This document shows, piece after piece, positions 8,227 to 19,144 of a DNA stretch of 57,330 nt. The stretch is from Microcoleaceae cyanobacterium (GTDB lineage: Bacteria; Cyanobacteriota; Cyanobacteriia; Cyanobacteriales; Microcoleaceae). A program made the translations under genes and the position numbers. The notes under the pieces are model-generated. The model worked only from the letters and a program-made list of their open reading frames with translations, had not been told where the DNA came from and made no database searches. The stretch covers positions 1 through 57,330 of the forward strand of contig JBOFUV010000086.1 in NCBI GenBank assembly GCA_051652765.1, in the 5' to 3' direction. Positions within the stretch are counted from its first letter, which is position 1; every line of letters starts with the position of its first letter.

Positions 8227-9294
8227 ATGCCAATTAACCTATTTGAGTACGAAAAGCTAGCAACTAACTGCCTTTCCCAAATGGTGCTGGATTACTATGC
8301 CAGTGGCGCATGGGATGAAGTCACCCTGCGAGAAAATCGTGCAGCTTTTGAGCGAGTGAAGCTCCGGCCCCGGATGTTAGTAGATGTCAGCCAACGGAAT
8401 CTCTCAACTCAAGTATTGGGACAGCCTCTCCAAATACCCCTCTTGATTGCACCGATGGCCTTTCAGTGTTTGGCTCATGCCGAAGGAGAACTAGCCACAG
8501 CGAAGGCTGCTGCTCAAGTGGGAGCGGGAATGATACTGAGTACTTGTTCTACCCAAAGTCTTGAGGCGGTTGCAACTGTTGCAGCTTCTGGTTCACCCAG
8601 TCCCCTATGGTTCCAACTCTACATTCACCGCGATCGCGCTCTGACTCAGGAGTTGGTGGAACGGGCTTACGCCACAGGGTATCAAGCATTATGTATTACT
8701 GTTGATGCTCCAATGCTGGGTAGACGGGAACGAGACCAACGGAATCAGTTTACCTTGCCCCCCGGCATGACGATGGCCAATCTTAAAAATAGACTGCCTG
8801 AAGTGGAAGGAGAATCAGGGTTGTTCACGTATTTCGCTCAGCAACTAGACGCTTCATTGACTTGGGCAGATCTAGAGTGGGTGCAGTCCCTTTCTCCCTT
8901 ACCTGTCGTGGTGAAGGGAATCTTGCGGGGGGATGATGCTGTACGGGCGGTGAACTGTGGGGTGAAGGGAATCGTTGTTTCCAATCACGGGGGTCGCCAA
9001 CTGGATGGGGCGATCGCCTCTCTGGAAGCCTTGCCTGAGGTCGTTGAAGCGGTTGAAGGACGGGCGGAAGTGCTCGTCGATGGCGGAATTCGTCGGGGTA
9101 GAGATGTACTGGCAGCGATCGCCCTGGGAGCCAAGGCCATTTTACTGGGTCGTCCGGTGTTGTGGGGACTGGCGGTGGCTGGAGAAGCTGGAGTGGTAGA
9201 TGTGCTAAGCCTTCTGAGAGATGAATTTGATCTGGCGATGGCTCTGAGCGGATGCAGAACTGTACAGGATATTGAATCGAGTTTGCTCAGTTGA
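8227..9294 (+). CDS. FMN-dependent alpha-hydroxy acid oxidase (lactate/glycolate oxidase family)
   Basis: YYASGAWDEVTLREN, WFQLY, ITVDAP, KGI, VSNHGGRQLD, DGGIRRG motifs. Confidence 0.95.
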   Translation: MPINLFEYEKLATNCLSQMVLDYYASGAWDEVTLRENRAAFERVKLRPRMLVDVSQRNLSTQVLGQPLQIPLLIAPMAFQCLAHAEGELATAKAAAQVGAGMILSTCSTQSLEAVATVAASGSPSPLWFQLYIHRDRALTQELVERAYATGYQALCITVDAPMLGRRERDQRNQFTLPPGMTMANLKNRLPEVEGESGLFTYFAQQLDASLTWADLEWVQSLSPLPVVVKGILRGDDAVRAVNCGVKGIVVSNHGGRQLDGAIASLEALPEVVEAVEGRAEVLVDGGIRRGRDVLAAIALGAKAILLGRPVLWGLAVAGEAGVVDVLSLLRDEFDLAMALSGCRTVQDIESSLLS

Positions 9295-9388
9295 GCGCAC
9301 CCATTTACCGATACAGCCCACATCTTTTCCACATCTTTAAGTTAGACAAACCCTGAGTCCGGCGCGCTGCGGCTAGGAGAGGTTTGTC

Positions 9389-10915
9389 TTACGCTCCAAC
9401 GGATTCTTTGGCTGCGTACATAACTTCTAAAGTGATCTCCTCCATCCCCCGTTCACGGGCAAACTTCTCGGTATTGCGCTTAACTTTTCCACGCACAAAT
9501 CCCGGAACTTTGTTGAGTTCGACTTTGGCTTCCTTGCTCCAATTGAGACCAGATTCAGCGGAAATCCCCTTATGAATGGCTTCCTTAGTATCGTGTCCCC
9601 CAAAGATTTCTAACAGGTGATCCTCCATACCCAAGGTAAAGGAATTGTAGACCAAATCTACAATTTGATTTGCGCCTTCGTAACCCACAAAAGGTCGGTA
9701 ACCGACCGGGAAATTCTGAATATGAATTGGAGCCGCAATTACACCACAGGGAATATCCAGCCGTTTGCCGACATGGCGTTCCATCTGAGTGCCAAAAATT
9801 GCTGAGGGTTCGATCCGGGCGATCGCATCTCCAATCGCACCATTATCATCGCTGATCAGAATTTCATCGCAGTATTCACCCACCTGTTCCTGAAACCACT
9901 CGGCATCATATTTACAATAGGTTCCAGCGAGAACAACATGAATCCCCATCTCACGGGAAAGAATCCTGGTTAGGGCCACGGCATGGGTGCTATCTCCAAA
10001 CACCACTGCTTTTTTCCCAGTTAAATTCTGGCAGTCAATGGATCGAGAAAACCAGGCTGCTTGAGATACAAACCGGGTTTGGGTGTCGATAAATTCTTCA
10101 TAGTTCACCGCTGCACCCTGTTCATTGAGGATGTTCTGAATCTTGCGAATACAGCGAGCGGTTTCCACAATGCCGATGGGCGTAATGTCTACATAGGGCA
10201 TCCCGAAGTTTGATTCCAAATAGTGGGCTGCCATCAGGCCAATTTCCCGATAGGGAACGAGGTTGAACCAAGCCTGGGGAAGGTTCTTTAAATTATGCAC
10301 CGATGCCCCGTCAGGAATCACTTCATTCACAGCAATTCCCAAATCTCCCATCAATTTCTTCAGTTCAGTGCAATCATGTTGATTGTGAAATCCAAGGGTA
10401 GAAATCCCAATAATATTGACGGAAGGCTGCTCTGTTTTACCTTCTGGAAGTTGCCCAGTTTTTTTGGCTTTTTCTAAATAAAACTGAATAATTTGATCCA
10501 GGGTGCGATCGGCGGCTTGCAACTCATTGACTCGATAATGATTGACATCGGCGAGCAACACATCCCCTTGAGCATCGATTTGCGCCCGCTCCACAAAATT
10601 TTGTAAGTCCTCTTGCAAAATACTGGACGTACAGGTGGGAGTTAAAACAATTAAATCTGGGGCTTCTTCCCTGTCCTTGCGAGTAATATTATCAACGACT
10701 TTTTCCTGAGATCCCCTGGCTAAAACGTTGCGGTCAACAACACTGGTTGTGACTGGCGTGTAGTCTCGCTCCCGTTCGAGCATTGAGCGCATGACGTTAA
10801 AGTAGTCATCTCCGATGGGGGCGTGCATAATTGCATGAACATTCTTGAAGGAACTGGCAATGCGGAGAGTGCCAATGTGAGCAGGGCCTGCATACATCCA
10901 GTAAGCCAGTTTCAT
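9389..10915 (-). CDS. chlB: light-independent protochlorophyllide reductase subunit B
   Basis: [36 protein letters not shown]-terminal PCP_red domain [14 protein letters not shown]. Confidence 0.99.
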   Translation of the reverse strand: MKLAYWMYAGPAHIGTLRIASSFKNVHAIMHAPIGDDYFNVMRSMLERERDYTPVTTSVVDRNVLARGSQEKVVDNITRKDREEAPDLIVLTPTCTSSILQEDLQNFVERAQIDAQGDVLLADVNHYRVNELQAADRTLDQIIQFYLEKAKKTGQLPEGKTEQPSVNIIGISTLGFHNQHDCTELKKLMGDLGIAVNEVIPDGASVHNLKNLPQAWFNLVPYREIGLMAAHYLESNFGMPYVDITPIGIVETARCIRKIQNILNEQGAAVNYEEFIDTQTRFVSQAAWFSRSIDCQNLTGKKAVVFGDSTHAVALTRILSREMGIHVVLAGTYCKYDAEWFQEQVGEYCDEILISDDNGAIGDAIARIEPSAIFGTQMERHVGKRLDIPCGVIAAPIHIQNFPVGYRPFVGYEGANQIVDLVYNSFTLGMEDHLLEIFGGHDTKEAIHKGISAESGLNWSKEAKVELNKVPGFVRGKVKRNTEKFARERGMEEITLEVMYAAKESVGA

Positions 10916-11163
10916 AACCTCTTTCTCCAGTCGTGTTAAATCAGTGGGGCCAAATCTAAGAATGGTACTTTATAGAGATCAATAAACTCTATATTTTCCA
11001 GACATTTTCCAGAAGTCTGTCAGGTTAAGGGCGATTGGCAAGGAATCTCTCCCTGACCCAACCCGACTTGGAGACTCTAGAGATTCAGTGTGCCATTGAG
11101 CCAACGTCACAGGGGATGAACGCAACGATTCTTGATGTTGTTTCATGTTCTGTGACATTCCCC

Positions 11164-12411
11164 TTACAAAGGGCTTAACAACAAGCTGCCTGTTTCTGGA
11201 AAGCCTAGATTATTGGATTCACTAAAGCGCCAATGTTGGCGATACTGGGTGAGGTAGTTTTGACCCACAATCCCCTCAACGCCAATTAAATCCAATAATT
11301 CATTGTCTAAAATCACGGCCTCTAACTTGGGCTGTTCCTGATGCTGCAACCGCACTGAATTGAGCTGAGTTTTTTTCCCAAGTTCCTCACCACAAAATCC
11401 CTGAACTGCCAAATCTTCAGCATCCCGATCTAGCGAGAGTCGCTCAGCGAGACGTTGGGAAACAACCATTAAATCTGCCCCAGTATCCAACAGAAAAGGA
11501 AATGGCCCTTGACCATTAATATAAACCTGAGCAATCATCACCCCCAATTTGCCCTGGAGCGGAATGGCCTTGTTCCCTGGGCTATTCTCTGAGCCAATCC
11601 CTGGGCTATTGCCTGAAGCGGGCGGCAATAGCTTTAGGGTTAAGGCTTTGGGATCGATGATCATCTCAAACCCCTTGAGAAAATCCATCCCCAAAACCCC
11701 AGTCGTGTTACCCGGAATAGAGCTTTGAGAAAGACCCATGCCACTCATCCCTTCAACTTGGGCCTCATCCACGGAAACGGGGGGCAAACGATGCAAGGAA
11801 GCCTGCACGTTTGAGCAATCATCTCCCACCACAAAATAGGAGAGTAAATCGCTCGGAATCGGCATTCCTAATAGTCCCAGTTGCTGAACAATTTGTTGAG
11901 ACAGGATAGAATTTGAGGCTCCCGTATCCAACAAAAATTGTCGGGACTGTCCGCCAATGGTGACCGGAACGGTAAACACCTGGCCCTCTGGAATGGTTTG
12001 CAACTGAATGGCAGCCTGTCCCTGGCTGGAGGTTTTGGGAATGGCAGTTCCAGTAATCGTTAAAACCGCTCCCATGCGATCGCTGGCATCAAGGCGAATC
12101 TTGCCTTGGGCATCGAGAATAATTGTTTGAATCGTGCATTTCATGGAGGCAGCTTGCACCTCTTGTGGTGTACCCGGTTCAGTGTTGGCAAATGCCCCTG
12201 CCATACATTGAGAAATCTCCTGGATCAGTTGCCGTCCTAAGGTCTCAGAATTAACCAAAGGAGACTGGGAGATTAACTGACGGGTCTTGGCCCAGGGTTG
12301 TTGCAGGGGTTCAATGGCTAAAGAACCCATGACTGGAGTGGATATGAGAGCTAGGCTGCCACAAAATGACAGGAGAGCAAGACCAGACTGCAAGCAGCGA
12401 GAGAAATTCAT
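11164..12411 (-). CDS. secreted double-domain retropepsin-like aspartyl protease
   Basis: signal peptide; two FLLDTGA catalytic motifs with GVLGMDFL / GIVGQNYL. Confidence 0.9.
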   Translation of the reverse strand: MNFSRCLQSGLALLSFCGSLALISTPVMGSLAIEPLQQPWAKTRQLISQSPLVNSETLGRQLIQEISQCMAGAFANTEPGTPQEVQAASMKCTIQTIILDAQGKIRLDASDRMGAVLTITGTAIPKTSSQGQAAIQLQTIPEGQVFTVPVTIGGQSRQFLLDTGASNSILSQQIVQQLGLLGMPIPSDLLSYFVVGDDCSNVQASLHRLPPVSVDEAQVEGMSGMGLSQSSIPGNTTGVLGMDFLKGFEMIIDPKALTLKLLPPASGNSPGIGSENSPGNKAIPLQGKLGVMIAQVYINGQGPFPFLLDTGADLMVVSQRLAERLSLDRDAEDLAVQGFCGEELGKKTQLNSVRLQHQEQPKLEAVILDNELLDLIGVEGIVGQNYLTQYRQHWRFSESNNLGFPETGSLLLSPL

Positions 12412-12440
12412 GTCAAAAAATTAATATCAGAATAAGTTAA

Positions 12441-12542
12441 TACAGCAATCTGATTTGAAGTGTAAATGTGGAGTGGGCATCTTGCCCGCCCAGGCTGGAA
12501 GCCAGCACTACAAACACTCATCATCATTCCTGACTGCCATAT
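12441..12542 (+). mobile_element. MITE family A copy 1 (about 100 bp, REP-like core)
   Basis: left end TACAGCAATCTGATTTGA, right end TCATTCCTGACTGCCATA; core GTGGGCATCTTGCCCGC..GGCTGGAAGCCAGCACTAC; homologous to 21206-21308. Confidence 0.75.
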
Positions 12543-12747
12543 CAGAATAATTAGCGATGGGGCAGTGTAGCATTACAGGGTTCGGCAGATTCATCCCTCA
12601 GTTCGGCAACGCCCTATTGCTTTCTAGACTGACGTAGGAAGTGAGTTGCAAGTTGCAGTCATTCTCTCTTGCGGAATTTGTGAGAGACTAAAGCCAAGTT
12701 TCCAGTCCTACTGACATTTACCGTCTTTATATGAGAACCTTTCCATT

Positions 12748-13377
12748 CTATGATTCAACTGAAATTCCGAGTTGGTGGGCTGTGACCAAATAACGAAAAA
12801 TATACTCAGCCAGTTCGACTAAATTTTCAGTTTCCGTTGGGGATTTCCCCCAAATAGTTACGCCATGATTACGAATTAGTAATGCTGGAATGTCTGGAGG
12901 AGTTTGTTTAAACCGAGCCAAAATATCATCAGCAATCTTGGGAACGTCCAGATGATTTTGAAATAAAGCCATTGAAACCTGAGGACATTCTACCCAGACT
13001 CCAAACCCTTTAACCATTTCTAAACTTGGCAGAGGAACCCGATCTCCGGCAAATAAATTAGACACTAAATTGGCTTCAACAGAATGCACATGATAGCAAG
13101 CTTGAGCCTCTGGAAATAGCGTGTAAATTGCCTGATGAATACTAGTTTCTGCTGAGGGGCGGTTGGTTGAATTTAAAGTTTCAATCACCTCTCCTTGGGG
13201 TGAAATCCTGACAAAATCCTGTTCAGTTAACTTTCCTTTTTGCTTCCCACTTGCGGTAATCCAAAAGCTTTGATCTGGCAACTTGGCAGAAAGATTTCCA
13301 GCAGTTCCTACCATCCAACCTTGTTGATAAAATTGTTGAGCGGTTAAGGTTAATGCTTGTCGTAAATCAGGATTCAT
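12748..13377 (-). CDS. mtnB: methylthioribulose-1-phosphate dehydratase
   Basis: GWMVGTAGNLS, ITASGKQKG, PSAETSIH, HVHS, LIRNHG (class II aldolase fold). Confidence 0.9.
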   Translation of the reverse strand: MNPDLRQALTLTAQQFYQQGWMVGTAGNLSAKLPDQSFWITASGKQKGKLTEQDFVRISPQGEVIETLNSTNRPSAETSIHQAIYTLFPEAQACYHVHSVEANLVSNLFAGDRVPLPSLEMVKGFGVWVECPQVSMALFQNHLDVPKIADDILARFKQTPPDIPALLIRNHGVTIWGKSPTETENLVELAEYIFRYLVTAHQLGISVES

Positions 13378-13416
13378 TTTTTTAGCAATTTAATTTAAAT
13401 ATTTCAAAGTGTAGTT

Positions 13417-14370
13417 TCAAAGATCTCTGACTAACGAGACATTACTCTCAGGAAAGCTTAAAATTCCTTGATCTCCATCTAGACAGACCGGAATTCCAAC
13501 GGGGAGTAGAGCATTTGGCCCATCGTGACCAAAGGGTAAGTCTGAAACAATCGGAATCCCCAGGTCTCCTAGGCGATCGCGCAACACTTCTTCGAGCTTG
13601 AAACTATTAGGATGCATCTGTTTTTCCCAATGACTAAACCGTCCCAGGGCCATCCCTTGAATCTGTTGAAAAATCCCCATCATCCGCCATTGGGTCAGCA
13701 TTCGGTCAATTCGATAGGGTTCTTCATTCACATCCTCAAACGCCAGAATTGCTCCAGTAAAATTAGGTTGATAGGGCGTTCCGAGCAAATGGGTAGCTAC
13801 TGTTAAGTTGCCTGGGAGCAGCCACCCTTCCGTTTGTCCCCAGCCCCAACCCTGGCCTTGCAAGGGTTCTAAGGTTTTCTTCTCCAGGTAATCAAACACC
13901 CGATGGATTGACCATTGGGGTTCCTGGGCCAACGTTGTCAACACTGGGCCATGGAGCCCAAGCACCTGATCTCGCAATCCCCAGAGCAAAGCCGTCACGT
14001 CGGAGAAACCCAGCAAAAACTTAGGATTGAGAGCTAGATCAAACGTGAAAGGCTGAGGGTTGAGGGATTCTAAGAGACGAGTAGCTCCGTAGCCGCCCCT
14101 AGCACAGAGAATCACCCTACAAGTGTCGTCTGCCAAAGCATCTAAGAGCTGATAACAGCGTTCTTGGTCAGTGCCCGCCAAATATCCCCACTGGCGATCA
14201 AGGCCGGAACTCAACTCAACCTGATAACCCCGCGATCGCCAAATATCTAGCCCTTGTTGCAGGGGCTCCAGGGTTCGTAAGGCTCCACTTGGAGCAATCA
14301 CTCGAACCTGATCTCCTGGCTTTAGCATCGGCTTGGACATAGATTTATCGGGTCGCTGACCATTTAGCAT
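13417..14370 (-). CDS. ldcA: LD-carboxypeptidase (peptidase S66)
   Basis: LAGTDQER, ARGGYG, GFSDVT, GNL, EDVNE, PFGH catalytic motifs. Confidence 0.92.
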   Translation of the reverse strand: MLNGQRPDKSMSKPMLKPGDQVRVIAPSGALRTLEPLQQGLDIWRSRGYQVELSSGLDRQWGYLAGTDQERCYQLLDALADDTCRVILCARGGYGATRLLESLNPQPFTFDLALNPKFLLGFSDVTALLWGLRDQVLGLHGPVLTTLAQEPQWSIHRVFDYLEKKTLEPLQGQGWGWGQTEGWLLPGNLTVATHLLGTPYQPNFTGAILAFEDVNEEPYRIDRMLTQWRMMGIFQQIQGMALGRFSHWEKQMHPNSFKLEEVLRDRLGDLGIPIVSDLPFGHDGPNALLPVGIPVCLDGDQGILSFPESNVSLVRDL

Positions 14371-14383
14371 TCGGCTTAACCCT

Positions 14384-16234
14384 TCACTTGCTGTTTTTCT
14401 TGGATTTTGGTTCAGTTTCTGGCTCAGGCTTTGGTTCAGACTTTAGTTCAGACTTTGGATCATGAGTCGAAGCCACATGCAGCTCTTTTAACTGCTTTTT
14501 CACAACAGAGGACGGCGCATTAGTCAGCAAACAACGAGCTTGTTGGGTCTTGGGAAAGGCAATCACATCTCGGATAGATTCTTCCCCGGCAATCAGCATC
14601 ACTAATCGATCTAATCCATAGGCAATCCCGCCATGGGGAGGAGTCCCATATTCAAAAGCTTCTAGCAAAAAACCGAATTTACTATAAGCTTCTTCCATGG
14701 AGAATCCAATGGTTTCAAAGACCTTTTCTTGCACCTCTCGTTGGTAAATTCTTAGACTTCCTCCGCCAATTTCAGTCCCGTTTAGAATCATGTCATACGC
14801 CAAGGCCCGTGCGGTTCTCAAATCTGCTAAATCTTCAGAATTGGGAGCCGTAAATGGGTGATGCAACGCTTCTAACCGCTTTTCATCTTCATTCCATTCA
14901 AACATGGGGAAATCTGTCACCCAGAGGAAATTCAACTGGTTTTTATCAATTAGCCCAAGTTCTGCTCCAACCATTAACCGTAGACGATCCAAGGTTTTAT
15001 TAACCGTTGCAATATCTCCCGCCCCAAATAATAATAAATGGCCTGCCTCCGCCTGGGTTAGTTGCAGAATTTCCTGTTTTTGCTCCTCACTCAAGTTGTC
15101 TTTGATAGCACCAATAGTGTCAATTTTCCCATCTTCTTTCACTCGAATATAAGCTAATCCCTTTGCCCCCGCTTCATTGGCTTCTTTGAACACATCGCCA
15201 CCGGGCTTAATTCGGACATTGGAGATGGCTTCATTGCCGTTTGGAATCGGTAAAATTTTTACAATGCCACCCTCGGAAATCGCAGCAGAAAAAACCTTAA
15301 ATCCAGAGTCCTTAACTACATCTGAAACATCAACCAACTCCATCCCAAATCGAGTATCAGGCTTATCTGAGCCATATTTGTCCATGGCTTCTGCATAGGT
15401 CAGTCGGGGAAAAGGCCGAGGCAAATCAATATTTTTAACAGTTTTAAAAACGTGAGCTATTAAGGTTTCATTCAATGCCAGAATTTCCTCTTGAGACATG
15501 AAGCTCATTTCCATATCCAATTGGGTAAATTCGGGTTGACGATCAGCCCGTAAATCTTCATCCCGAAAACAGCGAGCAATCTGATAGTAACGATCTATGC
15601 CAGACACCATTAATAACTGCTTGAACAGTTGTGGGGATTGGGGCAGGGCAAACCATTCGCCTGGATTCACTCGGCTCGGAACGAGGTAATCCCTGGCTCC
15701 TTCTGGAGTTGAGCGCGTCAGAATTGGCGTTTCGACTTCTAGAAAATGCTGTTCATCTTCTAAAAACTGACGAATGGCCCGAACCACTTGATGGCGGAGT
15801 TCCAAGTTCCGGGTCATGCGATCGCGCCGAATATCGAGATAGCGATATCTGAGCCGCAGCTCTTCTTTCACGGTTTCAAGTTCCGTGGTGGAGACTTGAA
15901 AGGGCAACTGTTTGCCCAACCCATTCAACAGTTCAATGGTTTCAGCGTAAATCTCGACTTCCCCGGTGGCTAATTTGGGGTTGAGGGATTCCTTGGGACG
16001 TTGGCAGACTCGACCTGTGATCTTGACAACATACTCGCTTCGCATTCGGTTAGCGGTTTCGCAAGACGTAGGGGTTCGCTCTGGATCACTGACAATCTGA
16101 ACTAACCCAGTGCGATCGCGCAAATCCAGAAAAATCACACCGCCATGATCCCGCCGCCGATCCACCCACCCGCAGAGGGTGACGGTTTCTCCAAGGTGAA
16201 TGCTTCGCAGTTGGCCGCAATAGTGGGTTCTCAT
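14384..16234 (-). CDS. aspS: aspartate--tRNA ligase
   Basis: [59 protein letters not shown]. Confidence 0.99.
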   Translation of the reverse strand: MRTHYCGQLRSIHLGETVTLCGWVDRRRDHGGVIFLDLRDRTGLVQIVSDPERTPTSCETANRMRSEYVVKITGRVCQRPKESLNPKLATGEVEIYAETIELLNGLGKQLPFQVSTTELETVKEELRLRYRYLDIRRDRMTRNLELRHQVVRAIRQFLEDEQHFLEVETPILTRSTPEGARDYLVPSRVNPGEWFALPQSPQLFKQLLMVSGIDRYYQIARCFRDEDLRADRQPEFTQLDMEMSFMSQEEILALNETLIAHVFKTVKNIDLPRPFPRLTYAEAMDKYGSDKPDTRFGMELVDVSDVVKDSGFKVFSAAISEGGIVKILPIPNGNEAISNVRIKPGGDVFKEANEAGAKGLAYIRVKEDGKIDTIGAIKDNLSEEQKQEILQLTQAEAGHLLLFGAGDIATVNKTLDRLRLMVGAELGLIDKNQLNFLWVTDFPMFEWNEDEKRLEALHHPFTAPNSEDLADLRTARALAYDMILNGTEIGGGSLRIYQREVQEKVFETIGFSMEEAYSKFGFLLEAFEYGTPPHGGIAYGLDRLVMLIAGEESIRDVIAFPKTQQARCLLTNAPSSVVKKQLKELHVASTHDPKSELKSEPKPEPETEPKSKKNSK

Positions 16235-16378
16235 GGCTTCTTCTTCAAACTTTTGGTTATATCAAGACTAGCAAGATACAAGTGTAGTTTGGGCAATGAG
16301 CCGATGCAAGCAAAAGATACCGGCAAAAGAGGTCAGCCAAAGTGCCAGTCAAACTGCTGGTGTTGATATTCAGGGCGA

Positions 16379-16540
16379 TTACTGCAGAAAAAATCCAGAT
16401 AACAGCAATGGAATCAGCAGGAGTGCCGTAACGATAGCCAGTAGGGTTGCCGGATCAACATCAATTTCATGGGTAGGCTTGTTACTGGGCTGATTATTGG
16501 GTTGAGAGTTTGGGGGTTTGGGAAGACGGTCATCACTCAT
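16379..16540 (-). CDS. small single-TM protein (53 aa), absent from the ORF track
   Basis: MSDDRLPKPPNSQPNNQPSNKPTHEIDVDPATLLAIVTALLLIPLLLSGFFLQ*; AAGGA RBS upstream of the ATG. Confidence 0.75.
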   Translation of the reverse strand: MSDDRLPKPPNSQPNNQPSNKPTHEIDVDPATLLAIVTALLLIPLLLSGFFLQ

Positions 16541-16551
16541 GACAATATCCT

Positions 16552-16600
16552 TGATTCAACTCAATGATTCAACTTAATGGATTCAACTCAATCCAAACTT
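16552..16600. repeat. short tandem repeat GATTCAACT(C/T)AAT x3
   Basis: three near-identical 13-14 bp units. Confidence 0.7.
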
Positions 16601-16629
16601 ATTAAGAGGGGTTTGGGACTGCTTTCTCA

Positions 16630-16652
16630 AGCAGGGGGCGTTGCCCCCTGCT
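16630..16652. repeat. GC-rich hairpin / short dispersed repeat
   Basis: AGCAGGGGGC-GTT-GCCCCCTGCT perfect 10-bp stem. Confidence 0.6.
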
Positions 16653-16680
16653 CACAAGTCATTGCTGATTGCTAGAGCGC

Positions 16681-16718
16681 TAAACAATAACCTTAAACAA
16701 TAACTCTAAACAATATCT
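16681..16718. repeat. 13-bp tandem repeat x3
   Basis: TAAACAATAACCT TAAACAATAACTC TAAACAATATCT. Confidence 0.75.
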
Positions 16719-16815
16719 GTTAGTAGCTACACCCTGGAATCATTCTGAAACCATTCTTCTTCTGAGCATCCAACCCGAACTTCATCCGGTTCAACTTAGC
16801 TAAGGTTCAACTCAG

Positions 16816-17433
16816 TTAAGGTTCCACCACCACAACCGTTCCCATCTGGACTTGCTCAAACAAGGAAATAATATCCTCGTTTCGCATCCGCACACAACCA
16901 TGAGAAGCAGCTTGACCAATGGAATTGATGCTTGGAGTTCCATGGAACCCGATCACATCTTTGCCATTTGACCAGAATCCAATCCAGCGCAATCCCAAGG
17001 CACTATTGGGGCCAGGTTGCATCACTTGGCCTGTCCAAGGATTTTGCCAGGATGGATTAACGATTTTCTGCATCACTTGAAAGCTCCCGGTCGGGGTTTC
17101 CCAACCTGCTTTGCCCACGGCGACTGGATAGCTAGCAACCTGTTGATTGCCTTGATACAGGTAAACTCGCCGTTCTCTTAATCTCAGCACTAAGCGAGGC
17201 TGAGCTTGTTGGCTCGGCAGGAAAATGGATGGATTGTCTAAGGAAGGGAGGGACGGATTCAGCCATTCTGAGGGGATGATTGCTGCCCCACTTGCAGTTT
17301 GGCGAATACTGTCACTAGACGTTGGACTGGATGCTAGACCTTGGGGTTGTCCCATGCCTAGTAAAGCGATCGCCCCCAGACATCCCCCTAGCACACGCTG
17401 AAATAGACCTCGGTGGTCAATTTGGGAAATCAT
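16816..17433 (-). CDS. L,D-transpeptidase (YkuD/ErfK family)
   Basis: YPVAVGK.GWETPTG, IGFHGTP, SHGCVRM; signal peptide. Confidence 0.95.
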   Translation of the reverse strand: MISQIDHRGLFQRVLGGCLGAIALLGMGQPQGLASSPTSSDSIRQTASGAAIIPSEWLNPSLPSLDNPSIFLPSQQAQPRLVLRLRERRVYLYQGNQQVASYPVAVGKAGWETPTGSFQVMQKIVNPSWQNPWTGQVMQPGPNSALGLRWIGFWSNGKDVIGFHGTPSINSIGQAASHGCVRMRNEDIISLFEQVQMGTVVVVEP

Positions 17434-17842
17434 TCCAGACTCCTCACAATATGAGTACTTTTACAGCGATCCTATTTGAATTGCCAGCAATAATAATTGA
17501 TCAGAGGTCTGTGGTGCAGATTTTCAGCCTAGATGGGCAAGATACCTACTCCACGTTTACCCTTCAAATCAGATTGATAAGGCTGGAATTGTCGGCTTGA
17601 ACTACAAGTTTGGATGACAAACAAACTGTCAGCTTGAACCGTCAGCTTAAACTGCCAAGCTTGAACTGTAAGTTCAGATCTCTCATCTACAACCTGAGCA
17701 ACAGAGATCGCTAAAGCGATGCTCCTACAAACCTACTGGCTTAACCTACAACTCATTTAGGACTACCTGATCAAAAAGGACTTTGTCAAGAATCAGTAGT
17801 TCCTCCGGAAAAGACTGTAAATCTTAACAGTTCCTTTAAGGA

Positions 17843-18949
17843 TTAGTTCCGATTCAGATCTCTCAGCGCAGTTTCCACTTTTTCTACGCCTTCAGTATCT
17901 CCCTTTTCTCGATAAAGTTTCAAGGCTGATTCAAACGCGGCGATCGCCTGTTGTTCCCGCCCACCCCGACCTTGAAGTGCGAGTCCGAGATTGTAGTAAG
18001 CCGAGGCATTATTCGGGGCTCGTTCAACCACTCTGCGGTAACTGATGATGGCTCCCAGGTAATCTCCCTGTTGGAGTTGAATGCCTCCGATAGCTTCATT
18101 TGCTTCGATCAAATTGGGTTGAATGGATAGGGCTCGCTCGTAGGATCGCACGGCCCCTTCCAGGTTATTCTCGACTCGCAGCACTTCCCCGATCTGAAAC
18201 TGGATCTCCCCCTCTTGAGGAGCGAGGGCCGCAGCCCGTTCAAACGCAGCTAAACTACCGGGGCGATCGCCTGCCTTGAGCAATGCTGCCCCCAACTTGA
18301 TTTGAACACTGGCTTCATTCGGAGCCAGGGTAGCCGCTTGTTGCAACATCTGCACCGCTCGACTGACATTTTCCTGCTTGAGCAAGGCCATTCCCAAAGA
18401 TGCATAAGCTTGCCAGTTCTTGGGATCGGAGGCAATGACCGATTCATAGACCTTGGCGGCGTTAGCGTAGTCTCCCTGGCGGAATAGACTTAGTCCCAGG
18501 CCCAGGTAAGCATTCAAGTTACTGGGCTGGAGTCCTACCACTTTGCGGTAGGCTTCAGCCGCGCCGGGGTAGTCTTCCAGTTTTGCTAAGGCATACCCCA
18601 GTCCATACTGAAAATCTGCATTTTTAGGATCGAGAACCAGTGCGTCTCGATAAAGCTTGGCTGCGATTTGGTAGTTGCCTCGCAGGGCTTCCAGGTAGGC
18701 AATGCCGGAAAAGATCATGGGGTTACTGGGATCTAGACCTGCGGCTTCAACGTAGACCACAATGGCTTGGTCGATTTGGCCTGCATCGACCAGTTTGCGT
18801 CCCCGTTCTAGGAGTTCGTCTAGCTTGGGATTGGCTTGGGGTCTGGCTTGAGCAACCCATTCAGCAGAATAGACAATTTCAGGGGCGATCGCCCCGAGGC
18901 TTGTGGCAAGTACAAGGCTTCCTAATAAAAGTCGAGTTAGTGAGTACAC
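17843..18949 (-). CDS. tetratricopeptide repeat protein (exported)
   Basis: multiple TPRs (..LDP.NA..YGLG..L); signal peptide follows GTG at 18949; the ORF track extends to 19030. Confidence 0.9.
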   Translation of the reverse strand: MYSLTRLLLGSLVLATSLGAIAPEIVYSAEWVAQARPQANPKLDELLERGRKLVDAGQIDQAIVVYVEAAGLDPSNPMIFSGIAYLEALRGNYQIAAKLYRDALVLDPKNADFQYGLGYALAKLEDYPGAAEAYRKVVGLQPSNLNAYLGLGLSLFRQGDYANAAKVYESVIASDPKNWQAYASLGMALLKQENVSRAVQMLQQAATLAPNEASVQIKLGAALLKAGDRPGSLAAFERAAALAPQEGEIQFQIGEVLRVENNLEGAVRSYERALSIQPNLIEANEAIGGIQLQQGDYLGAIISYRRVVERAPNNASAYYNLGLALQGRGGREQQAIAAFESALKLYREKGDTEGVEKVETALRDLNRN

Positions 18950-19144
18950 GGTCTCATGTAGGTAAGGAGTTATAGGGCACTGCCGGGAAACTATGATTAA
19001 CACTCTGGTTAAACGAGGGAGGTTAAACAACAGAGGTTAAACAAATAGAGCCGTGCAGATACTATTAGACTTGGACTGATGTTGATGATAAAACAGTTCC
19101 AACTGTTCTGACATCAATCCGGTCTATTCTGTAGTTTTCTATTC

